Virus record (IMG/VR): IMGVR_UViG_3300031963_012969
Direction: 5' to 3' (one strand)
From: a virus
DNA length: 64,000 nt
Shown here: positions 37,499 through 46,800 of the stretch, one piece after another
Position numbering within the stretch: the first letter of the stretch is position 1
How the letters are laid out: each line of letters begins with the position of its first letter
Position numbers and translations under genes: made by a program
The notes under the pieces: model-generated
Seen by the model: the letters and a program-made list of their open reading frames with translations, nothing else
Told to the model about the DNA's origin: nothing
Databases searched by the model: none

Positions 37499-38434
37499 TT
37501 AGAATATTTGTCTACTCTTCATTTCAGAAAGAATAGCTGCGACACCTATTTGGTCTCTTGATGCATTAATATCATACTTTCCATCGCTTACATATTTACC
37601 TGATACCCAAAATTGAGTACCGCTCCATAAATATGGAGAATTATTATTCTTGTATAAACGATATCCCCAACCATTGTATCTTTCAGCTTGAAACAACATA
37701 CCAGATATAGACCAGTCAAACCATTTATCTATCGATTTTATAAATAGTGCATCTCTTGCACTTACATCCCATGCGTATCCGCCTATTGTAGTTGGCTGTC
37801 CTTTCGGCCTTCCAGCTGGAACATTCACTGTTCTAGCGGTAAGCGGGTCTCCATTATGTAAGTGAGTTTTAAAATTAAGTGAAGCCTCTCTGTGGTGTAT
37901 ACATCCGATCCAGTACCAAGGAGCAATATCTATTTTTTGATAATTTTCTTTGTTTTTTATTATTTTGTCTACTACTTTAGAAACAGAATCTTTGTCTTTA
38001 ATTGTTACATCTGAAAACATTTTTTGATACTCTTCTTTTATCTTAGAGTAATCATTACTTTTGATTGGAGGAGGAATCTTCATTTTTCTTATGTTTTTTT
38101 GAGTTGAACTATGACCCTTGGGGGACATTCCAAGTGCTGCTGCTGAATCTAATTGACTGTGTATTTTTCTGTATCCATTTTCCCATAAAAAATTAGAAAA
38201 GAAAACAGCTAAATCGTAAACTTCTTCCTCACTCCAGTCAGTAAATAATATATGCAATGACTCGTGAATTAATGTGTCCAAATATTCTTTTGGCGACTGA
38301 GTAGGATCTATTTTAATTAATCCATTATCTTTATACGCTAAACCAAAATATTTTCTTCCATTAGGTTTTTCCAATAGATCAGTGTTTTCCACTATTATTT
38401 TATTTGGAAAATTTATTTTTGTTTTTTGTGGCAT
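37499..38434 (-). CDS. Lysozyme-family endolysin-like protein with an N-terminal HExxH module
   Basis: DTLIHESLH; C-terminal IHHREAS..HLHNGDPL..VPAGRP..ERYNGWGY..SPYLWSGT..GKYVSDG..Q.GVAA (COG5526-like). Confidence 0.75.
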   Translation of the reverse strand: MPQKTKINFPNKIIVENTDLLEKPNGRKYFGLAYKDNGLIKIDPTQSPKEYLDTLIHESLHILFTDWSEEEVYDLAVFFSNFLWENGYRKIHSQLDSAAALGMSPKGHSSTQKNIRKMKIPPPIKSNDYSKIKEEYQKMFSDVTIKDKDSVSKVVDKIIKNKENYQKIDIAPWYWIGCIHHREASLNFKTHLHNGDPLTARTVNVPAGRPKGQPTTIGGYAWDVSARDALFIKSIDKWFDWSISGMLFQAERYNGWGYRLYKNNNSPYLWSGTQFWVSGKYVSDGKYDINASRDQIGVAAILSEMKSRQIF

Positions 38435-38436
38435 AA

Positions 38437-41244
38437 TTATGTCTTATTTACCGGACCCCACAAATTAATTGGGCATGATTCGCTTGCTAATCTTAATTTT
38501 GCCTGAGTTGAACAACCGCATAATCTGCATCTTCCAGTTCCGCCCAGTGCTTGAGAATCCCACTCTTTGCAAGATTTACAAGTCTCAAGCCTTTTTTTGA
38601 ATTCTTCTGAGTCATCGCTAAGAGTTTCAAACCCAGACTTTGCCCAACCTATCATACTTTTGCCCAAATTTTTGGCCATGTTAAACACAGTCGGATAATT
38701 TGTTTTTTGTATTTTATCGTCTTGTGTATCTAAATTGTCTTTATTTATTTGGTATTGTACTTCTTCTATAGGAATTGGTATCTGGTATCTTTCGTCAAGT
38801 ATAACTCTTTTATTGTAATAATTTAAATCAACTCCCTTAAGCCAGTAAGGGATTTGAAGTTTTTTATTTGCTTTCTCTATCAAAGCTATATTTTCGTTGT
38901 GTAAATTAAAAATATTTGTTGTATCTGGTCCTTGATAGTTTGAATTACTTTGTTTATCGTTATCTAAATGGTCTTTAAGTTTTTGTATTTTAACTGGTGA
39001 ATCAAAGAAAGAGTGATCAATAGAAATTGTCTTTGTACCATTTTCTTCTTCCTTTATTATTGTAAATGGCAAGTAGCTGGCAGTTTTATTTTGATCTACT
39101 CCATGAATACTATACTGGGAGGCACTTGGGTCCCCCAGCATCCCTGGTGTATACTCTTGCCCTAAATGATTTTTAGCCCATTTACATGGAACTGCTGGTA
39201 AGTCTATACCGCCTGGTTTAGTGACTACTGGGTCTGTCCAGGTTCCTTGTGCTGTCTGTGTATTAGGGTTTATAATATAAGGATCCGGCACTGTATAAAC
39301 CCTGTCTTTTGTTTGACGATATTGAGCTCCTTCTCCAGGTGCAGGTGATGGATCGCCAAATTTTGCTTCACATTTAGGTCCACAGGAGTACTGCCCACCC
39401 CAAAAATAATGATTTGGGCAAAAACAGTCTGCCGGTAATCCTAGCTCACTACATGTAGTAACTCGCGCATATGTATTGTAACTCTCCACATAAAATCCAG
39501 CTGGCTGTGCATTACACCACTGGGAACCTTTGAATGGATTAATAATAGCACAGTAACTCATGCACCCGCAACCGTCCGCTTGTTTTACTCCAACCCCCTT
39601 GGTAAAATTTGGAGGTCCATACCATTTTCCATTAGATATATAAGGATGATTTTGGCATCTGTTGCATATAGCATTTTGCATTACTAATGAGGTACCGCAC
39701 CCACTAAGTCCTTGATATACCCCGCAGCAACCCGCACGACAATATGCATATAATGTATCTTCAGTTCTTGCATTTTTGAATGGTCCCAAATAACCATTAT
39801 TACTCCATAATTCTATTAGGGCCCCTAAAAGCTCATTAAATTGATTTGAGCATATTAATTGCCCGGTTGCAGGAAGATCCGCTAATTGACCGGTGTCGCA
39901 TTTTCCTTCTGGGTGAGAAAAACCACTAACTACGAGTCCAGTGTTAATTACAATATCGTCAAAACTCGAGGGGGTATTAACTGTCTTACCTCTTTTCCTT
40001 AAAGTATCAAAACCTAGCCTTTGTTGATATCCAGTAACCTTATTTTTCCATGAACACTGGGCACATGCTGTGTGCCATCCATCTGCACATTGCTCGGCTG
40101 AAAGATATTGGCAAGCCCTGACAGTTAAATCTAAGGTTCTAATTGTGTCCCACATGTAGTTCAATTGAGAGGCCTTTATCGGTTGTGTTACATGGCCATC
40201 AAAACCATAGTGTAAATCTATATGTTTTATCCTTCTCCTAACCTTTATTGGACCCAATTTCTGGTCTTCATCGCATTTTAATACACTTGTTCCTTGGTCC
40301 ATTGGATCCCATTCCTCTGTCCAAAAAGCTTTTGCCGTTTTACCACAACACAAAGTTTCTTGTGTTACATATGTATCAGATTGAAGGGCACATTTTGTTT
40401 TTACCCTAAAATGTTCAATAGCTTTATTAAAATGACTTAAACCAGCATTAGATCTCCACTCAAGCACAATATTACATATACCTGGATGACCAGCCAAAAC
40501 ACTAGGGGACGCTGGGTTATATAATGGTTGCCAATGCCTATTAATTGGACACGCATCAAAAGCTCCTAAATTATAGTGGTCCTCCAAAACATCTACTACT
40601 TGTGATTGATATACTATGTCTTCTTTTCTGGTGTCACAAACAGGGCTCAATTGAAACGCTGAACACCCATTACATGGATCCTTAAAGACAGCAGCCCATT
40701 GACCCATTCCCCTATTTTTTGTAGCATCATATTCATATTGTGCTATATTTGTGCATCCACCACACGTTCCGCTATTGCAAGCAGTTCTTGTTTTTTCTAG
40801 CCTACCTAATATATCTCCACCAGTTATGACGAATGACGCTGAGTCTAAAGACCCGTTGGGGGTTAACCTCAAGCTAATGAACCCATTTATTTTTGCGTTT
40901 TTCTCTAATTCCTCCATTCTCCCCCAACAAGCATCATAGCTAGAATCGTAAAAACCTGAGCACGGCCCATCAATACTTCCCGCTCTTTTTATCCATAGTG
41001 GGTTTCCAGGTTCTCGTGCCTGGCCAAATGGATATCTTTGCTTTGATATAAGGGGTCCGTCTGCTGCCATGTAACGTCCCTCCCACACCATATTATACCA
41101 AAATCTTAACCTTCTTAAATACTTCCAAGACACACATTCTTGTTTGCACGCAAAAAATGGAATAGGTATGCCCCCCATTCCGCCCATTGGAGAAACATTA
41201 CAACCACCTCCAACCCAATCTTTATCATCAAAGCAAAAAGACAT
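38437..41244 (-). CDS. Large Cys-rich protein, probably a virion appendage
   Basis: 935 aa with dozens of Cys; C-terminal RLETCKSC..RCRLCGC...K.RLASESCP..LW. Confidence 0.65.
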   Translation of the reverse strand: MSFCFDDKDWVGGGCNVSPMGGMGGIPIPFFACKQECVSWKYLRRLRFWYNMVWEGRYMAADGPLISKQRYPFGQAREPGNPLWIKRAGSIDGPCSGFYDSSYDACWGRMEELEKNAKINGFISLRLTPNGSLDSASFVITGGDILGRLEKTRTACNSGTCGGCTNIAQYEYDATKNRGMGQWAAVFKDPCNGCSAFQLSPVCDTRKEDIVYQSQVVDVLEDHYNLGAFDACPINRHWQPLYNPASPSVLAGHPGICNIVLEWRSNAGLSHFNKAIEHFRVKTKCALQSDTYVTQETLCCGKTAKAFWTEEWDPMDQGTSVLKCDEDQKLGPIKVRRRIKHIDLHYGFDGHVTQPIKASQLNYMWDTIRTLDLTVRACQYLSAEQCADGWHTACAQCSWKNKVTGYQQRLGFDTLRKRGKTVNTPSSFDDIVINTGLVVSGFSHPEGKCDTGQLADLPATGQLICSNQFNELLGALIELWSNNGYLGPFKNARTEDTLYAYCRAGCCGVYQGLSGCGTSLVMQNAICNRCQNHPYISNGKWYGPPNFTKGVGVKQADGCGCMSYCAIINPFKGSQWCNAQPAGFYVESYNTYARVTTCSELGLPADCFCPNHYFWGGQYSCGPKCEAKFGDPSPAPGEGAQYRQTKDRVYTVPDPYIINPNTQTAQGTWTDPVVTKPGGIDLPAVPCKWAKNHLGQEYTPGMLGDPSASQYSIHGVDQNKTASYLPFTIIKEEENGTKTISIDHSFFDSPVKIQKLKDHLDNDKQSNSNYQGPDTTNIFNLHNENIALIEKANKKLQIPYWLKGVDLNYYNKRVILDERYQIPIPIEEVQYQINKDNLDTQDDKIQKTNYPTVFNMAKNLGKSMIGWAKSGFETLSDDSEEFKKRLETCKSCKEWDSQALGGTGRCRLCGCSTQAKLRLASESCPINLWGPVNKT

Positions 41245-41247
41245 GTC

Positions 41248-41523
41248 TTACTTTATTTTTATCAATTTATAACTACCATTAATTTTTACTTCTTTTCCGG
41301 TATTCACATCAATAAAGCTTAAGACATCATTTTTTATGTCTATTTTTATGGACCCTTTTTTAGGTAGCCAAGTTCTAAAATCTTTTCCGTATTCGTCTAG
41401 TTGAACAATATAAGAATAATAATTAATTGATATTATCTCTTCTGTAAAATTTTGAGAACATCCACAAAAAGATGAAAACAAAAATAAAATTACAAATAAT
41501 GGTATTATTTTAAAGCGCTGCAT
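41248..41523 (-). CDS. Possible lipoprotein
   Basis: MQRFKIIPLFVILFLFSSFCG-C signal with a lipobox-like site. Confidence 0.45.
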   Translation of the reverse strand: MQRFKIIPLFVILFLFSSFCGCSQNFTEEIISINYYSYIVQLDEYGKDFRTWLPKKGSIKIDIKNDVLSFIDVNTGKEVKINGSYKLIKIK

Positions 41524-42188
41524 AATTGTGCTCCTTGATCTATTAGTTTTTGCATGTCACTAAATTTTACAAAAAATCTTCCATTTTTGCCAAATGACTG
41601 TCCCCAGCTATTTACGCAGAAAAAAGTTTCCCATTGACAATCAACTCCATATATCATCCAAGCATGTCCGCCTTCATAGTTTGATATTGGCCTAGCGAAT
41701 CCGTTTTGGTCTGGATTAGTCATTCCATGATACCACCTACTACTAACAACTATTGGTCCATTTTCAGATATAAATTTTGCTGCATCTTCTACGCTATACC
41801 CCCAAACATAACTTGATATTAAATCTAATTCCTTTAAAACATTTGCGCCAGCTCTTATGCTGCTTCCGTAATACATTGGCTCTGATCCCGGCCACTCATC
41901 TATTTCCTGAGACTTTTTGTATATTTCTTCTGGAAGTATTTTAGGTTTGTCTTCGTGCGACCATGGTTGAGTTTGCAGAAATTGTGCCCATGAATATCCC
42001 ACACATTGACTTGAGGTTCCCTGATTCAGTACGTTGCCTATCTTCCATGAGTGTCTAATTGTGTCGTCTATCTTGGGCTTATTAGCAAACATTGAGAACT
42101 TTTTATCTCTTTCGTCGTAACTAAATAAAAGACCTTTTCCTATTAGTGGTTGCTCTGATTTATATAAACTATTTTGGTATTGTTGCAT
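41505..42188 (-). CDS. Papain-like cysteine peptidase (family C1)
   Basis: NQG...QCVG (oxyanion Gln and catalytic Cys), GGHAW, NSWG..FG.NG.F. Confidence 0.85.
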   Translation of the reverse strand: MQQYQNSLYKSEQPLIGKGLLFSYDERDKKFSMFANKPKIDDTIRHSWKIGNVLNQGTSSQCVGYSWAQFLQTQPWSHEDKPKILPEEIYKKSQEIDEWPGSEPMYYGSSIRAGANVLKELDLISSYVWGYSVEDAAKFISENGPIVVSSRWYHGMTNPDQNGFARPISNYEGGHAWMIYGVDCQWETFFCVNSWGQSFGKNGRFFVKFSDMQKLIDQGAQLCSALK

Positions 42189-42259
42189 TTTAATTAATTA
42201 TTGGAATTAAGCTCATAAGATGCAAATAAAATAAATAACAGTCAAGAATAAATTGATAA

Positions 42260-42283
42260 GCGGAGAGGGTTGCCCCTCTCCGC
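42260..42283 (-). terminator. GC-rich hairpin with GCAA tetraloop
   Basis: GCGGAGAGGG-GCAA-CCCTCTCCGC on the minus strand; weak U-tract. Confidence 0.55.
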
Positions 42284-42376
42284 CATTAACAACAACACAA
42301 ACAACAAACAAGACGGATAAATCCGCCAAAAACAATACTACTAAATTTTTATTACTTAATCAACAACTATTTTTAA

Positions 42377-42868
42377 TTAAGAAGCTATATGATAGATAAC
42401 TGGGTCTAGAATGGATGGAGTATTGTGTAAATTTGGTAATGGCGGTTTCCACATCATCATAACTAATCCATTTATAAATGGCTGATGAAATGTATTCGGT
42501 TTGTGTTCTATCGTCTCCCCTGACGAATAAACTTTCTTTGTCGTCATCTCTTGAACATAACCATCAATCACTTTTATTTTTTCGTAATAAGTGTGATAGT
42601 GTTTTGGACTAACTGTATTTGACTGACACAGGGCTCTAGTCCAACCAGAATCATCGTCAATTAGCATCATTTTAACCCCATCAAATAATTCTATCCATAA
42701 CCCTCTGACTAATTTTTTTTCTATTACCTCTTCTTCATTTTTGTCGTTTTTTTCGAAAGAAGACAACAACCTAGAATCATCTATAATACTTGAAGCAGCA
42801 CGCTGAGAAGCTTCCCTTAGTTTATTGTGGGCCTCAAGTAACTGCAATTTAGTATTTTGCTCTAACAT
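42377..42868 (-). CDS. Cupin-like domain protein
   Basis: HYH...E...V.DG and GE.....PN..H motifs. Confidence 0.6.
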   Translation of the reverse strand: MLEQNTKLQLLEAHNKLREASQRAASSIIDDSRLLSSFEKNDKNEEEVIEKKLVRGLWIELFDGVKMMLIDDDSGWTRALCQSNTVSPKHYHTYYEKIKVIDGYVQEMTTKKVYSSGETIEHKPNTFHQPFINGLVMMMWKPPLPNLHNTPSILDPVIYHIAS

Positions 42869-42870
42869 TT

Positions 42871-43215
42871 TTACTGAGTCTCCTTATTTAATATTTTCTC
42901 AAGTATGGAGCACTGATTATTTATATGCTCCTTTATTCTAAGGACTGATGTTTCGAGGTTATTTTTATTGTCATTAGAGCTTACAGTTATTGCAGGAGCA
43001 ATGGCTTCTACAACCTGAGTAAGTGAATGCATTGTCGCAATATTCTCTTTAGATAAATCAAGAAGCTCCTTTGCATAATTTCTTTCTTTTTCTTTATAGT
43101 CTTTTACTTCTTTGAGTAAAAAATAAATCCATCCACACATTGCTGCTACACCTAAACCAAAGGTATTTGCTAATTCGATAAGTGTATTTGGATTAGATGT
43201 TACGTCTGGAGCCAT
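42871..43215 (-). CDS. Single-TM coiled-coil membrane protein (holin/anti-holin-like)
   Basis: FGLGVAAMCGWIYFLL followed by a charged coiled coil. Confidence 0.45.
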   Translation of the reverse strand: MAPDVTSNPNTLIELANTFGLGVAAMCGWIYFLLKEVKDYKEKERNYAKELLDLSKENIATMHSLTQVVEAIAPAITVSSNDNKNNLETSVLRIKEHINNQCSILEKILNKETQ

Positions 43216-43282
43216 GTGGTTAAAAAAATAAATTAATTGTTATTACGTTGAATAATACATGAAATATCTTTATACAACAAAT

Positions 43283-43312
43283 AAAAAAGCGAGACCAAAA
43301 ATCTCGCTTTTT
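43283..43312. terminator. Intrinsic terminator, potentially bidirectional
   Basis: aaaaaagcgaga-ccaaaaa-tctcgcttttt; same stem base as the terminator at 13030. Confidence 0.75.
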
Positions 43313-43335
43313 TATTTTTGTTTTTAACTATTTAT

Positions 43336-43785
43336 TTATCTAACTTTATAATTGTTTGAGAACGCTGGAGATTTTCTTTTGTTTGAATTATTCTTAGTTT
43401 TTACTTGATGTAAAGATTTTTGCTTTAATGTAGTGGATTGCTGTTTTTTGACCAATTCCCCTGCAGCATCTGCCGTCTTAGATAGAGCGAGACCATCAAT
43501 TTTAAGTGGCTTGCCTGCCAGAGCGAGAGAGGTTTGGATATTTTGACCGTATTTCTTAATGATGTTTGATGGCAAGAGATTGATCAAACTATCAATCACT
43601 GTCCAGATAATCCCAGTTATTACGGCCACATCTAAGTGAGCCTCAATACCTGGAACTTTTTGAGACAGTAAAGCAACAAGATATGCAGCAAGCAAAGACA
43701 CACCCTTTTGTATAAAAGGTCCTGACTTACTTAAGGCAAACTTGACGATATAAGTTTCGATGAATGATGGTAATTTAAGTTTCAT
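43336..43785 (-). CDS. Two-TM membrane protein (holin-like)
   Basis: Two hydrophobic helices and a basic C-terminal tail. Confidence 0.45.
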   Translation of the reverse strand: MKLKLPSFIETYIVKFALSKSGPFIQKGVSLLAAYLVALLSQKVPGIEAHLDVAVITGIIWTVIDSLINLLPSNIIKKYGQNIQTSLALAGKPLKIDGLALSKTADAAGELVKKQQSTTLKQKSLHQVKTKNNSNKRKSPAFSNNYKVR

Positions 43786-43805
43786 ATATTTTAGTAGAGA
43801 ACAAA

Positions 43806-43834
43806 TATGTATTTCATTTATTCTATACTGTCAA
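43806..43834 (-). promoter_or_regulatory. Sigma70-like promoter
   Basis: TTGACA-N17-TACATA, about 20 nt upstream of the ATG at 43785. Confidence 0.4.
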
Positions 43835-43876
43835 TTATTTTGTTGAATGTTTTTAAAGCAAGAAATGGGTATACTA

Positions 43877-46800
43877 TTAAAAAGGCAGAGGAGGTTCTCC
43901 GTCGTCGCCCCCACCCATAGAATAATACACAAAAGTAGAAACAGTGTTCGATTCAGGTGACATTGTTTCATCAACAAAAACCGCTCTAAGCTTGACTCTG
44001 AGTTCCCCACCTGCACCCATTATTTGCCACCAAGGCCTATTAAATGTTGTAATAAATAATAAACCACTATTATACTGTTGTCCTAATCCTATATCTGTCC
44101 AATCTTCGTTTTCATCCCAATAATTAAATTTGAAATTTGCTTCATAACGTAATACACCACTTATATAGTTAGATTGCTCTATTTTTATTGTCCACGTAAT
44201 ACCATTACTTACCATAGTATATGAAAGCTGAGACACGGAGCTTAGTACAGGACCCCCCAAAGGAATAGTAGTATAAAATGATGCAGTATTTGAGTCGTCG
44301 CTGTATTTAACTAGAGAGTTGGTGTAAACCAACCCAAGTGAAATTTTTATGTATTGAGCCTCTTCAATAACATTATTGTATTGTGGAATAGTTACTGAGT
44401 ATGAATTTTGCTGAGTTTCGGATTTTGAAACAGAAGATGCTGCGTGAGACCATTCTGTATCATTATTTAATTTATACCTAATTACAGTCCTGTTGTAGTT
44501 TGGATAATAAACTCCAGAATAGTTAAAAGAAATAGATAAATTATACGTAGTATGACTCCAGCTAACATTTGTTATTTCTGGAGTTGTCGGACTTGGCAAT
44601 AAAAGAGGTCCTGTGTTTCCGATAGCGATATCGCTATTTAATCCCCATACTGTTGTATACCTTGACTGGAATTCGGTATACTCATCAATGTTAACAAATT
44701 TTTCAAATTTTGCTATCTTGTCATTTATCTCTACTGCGTCTATTCCCGTCCATGAGTTACTTGAGCTAGGCTTAAATTGAAATCCATTTGGAGTAATTGA
44801 TTTGAAATCTAAGAAATAAGAAAGAATTTTTCTAGGCGGAAGATTATCAGAAACAGAGTAAAAAAGATGGTCAATTAATAAGGTACAATTACTAATAGAT
44901 GGAACATCTAAATTAAATTCAATTAATTTACTTTCAGAAGCCAATGAATATTTATTGTCATTTTTAAGTATTCTAACTTTAACTCCCAAATTTTTATCTA
45001 CATCTATCCCATAATTTGAAGGATACATAGTTATAAATGTTCCGCTTACATCCTCTGCCGGTATCCCTACAAAATCTAGTGTATTATTCACTGAATATTC
45101 ATACGATTGTATTTCCTGTGGATTTGCATAAGAAATATTCGCTTTTAGGATTTTATCAATATATGAAATTGGTATCAATGACTCTATATTAGGTATTACT
45201 GAAAAATTCTCTATTTTAAGTGTATTAGAAACTTGATTGTATATTTTATTTTGTTTGTTTATTCTGGCTATAATATATCTAACTTCATATTGAGGAACAT
45301 TTAAATTAAAAATTTGGTTGCTTCCTCCACTCCATGATAAATCTTGCCAAGTTATACCGCTGTCTGTGCTTATCTCAATTTTATCTGTACTTGCCGATAT
45401 GTTCCCAATTTTTCCATACTCAAATTCAACCGCAAATGATGTTGTAGTTAATTGAGTATAGTCTATCAGAAATAATCTTGAATACTGCCCAGAAATAAAA
45501 CTCCAATTACTCTTTGCTAATCTCATTCCATATCTAATATCTTTGGTTGAGGGGGACGAATAAATAGATGTTCTATTTGACAGCAACATGTCTGAGGCAT
45601 TTGACAAATAGTTACCTCCTCTTAGTAGTCTTTGCTTGCTGTCGCTTGGAATTAAGTTACTCCAAATTTGATTGGAATATTCTTGAGTAGGTACAGAAAA
45701 ATCAGATGTATATCTTACTGAAGAAGTGAAATTTAATTCATCTATATATCCATCAAAAGAGTCGTTTAACCATGAGTTCTGGCCTTTGGAAATTTTTATA
45801 TATTTTTCATCACCTGAGTCTGTTACCACAATTCTTTGTTTTAAGGACCCCTGGCTATTCCCATCTAAATAAATTACATTATTGTAAGTTTCTGGAAAAT
45901 AGCACCAAGCTACGTGTTGCCATTGATTCAAAGATATTGGAGTAGTACCTATTATTCTTTTTGAATCATCATTGTTGCAGCAATAAGATAAATACCAAAG
46001 ACCGTCACTTTGATTGTAATACACAGTCATTGCATATAATAAATTACCAATCTGAAGTTCTATTAATACTTGCTCTTTTGTAGATAAAAAACCTGTTGGG
46101 TAAATCCACATGTCTATCGAAAATCCATTACAAAAATCATAGATATTTTTACTATAAAAAATTAATCCAAGTTTTCTTTGGTTGCTACTAGATAGGAGTG
46201 AATATCCACCAAATTTAGAGACTGTATTGACAGTTATAGGATAAGATGAGCCATACGAACTATAATTATACGGAGATAAATTATATAAACTGCTGTCAAC
46301 AACATTATTATTGAAATGCAACAATAAAACTGTAGATAGGTAATGTGGGTTTGGCTGACTACTTGGCACTGGATCCGATTGGGAATAATTATCCAAAACC
46401 CATTCAGATACGTTTCCAGACATATCATATATTGCTATCTCGTTTGGTGATTTTAACCCAACTTGTTTTATTGAATTACCTGAGTTGACTGATGACCAGG
46501 CTACATCATTTAATGTGTTGCTGCCACTATATACATAGTTTTTACTGAAAGCTCCGCCCCTTGCCGCATAATCCCATTCAACTTCAATCGGTAATCTGTA
46601 CCCGTCACTCGTCCAATAAACAATTGGAGATGTTTCTCCAGACCTATAAACTGTTCCATTGGAGTTTCTGTAAACTGGAGACAACCAGTTCATTTCACTC
46701 TTTGCGTTGCAAAATTTTATCGCGTCATACCAATTAATATTTGATATTGGTTCGTTTAACGAAGAATACACAGAAGCGTCAACCAGGTCATAACCAAGAT

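Noticed and set aside
45505-45635. Diversity-generating retroelement variable region
   Set aside because: No reverse transcriptase and no adenine-variant template repeat seen in this window
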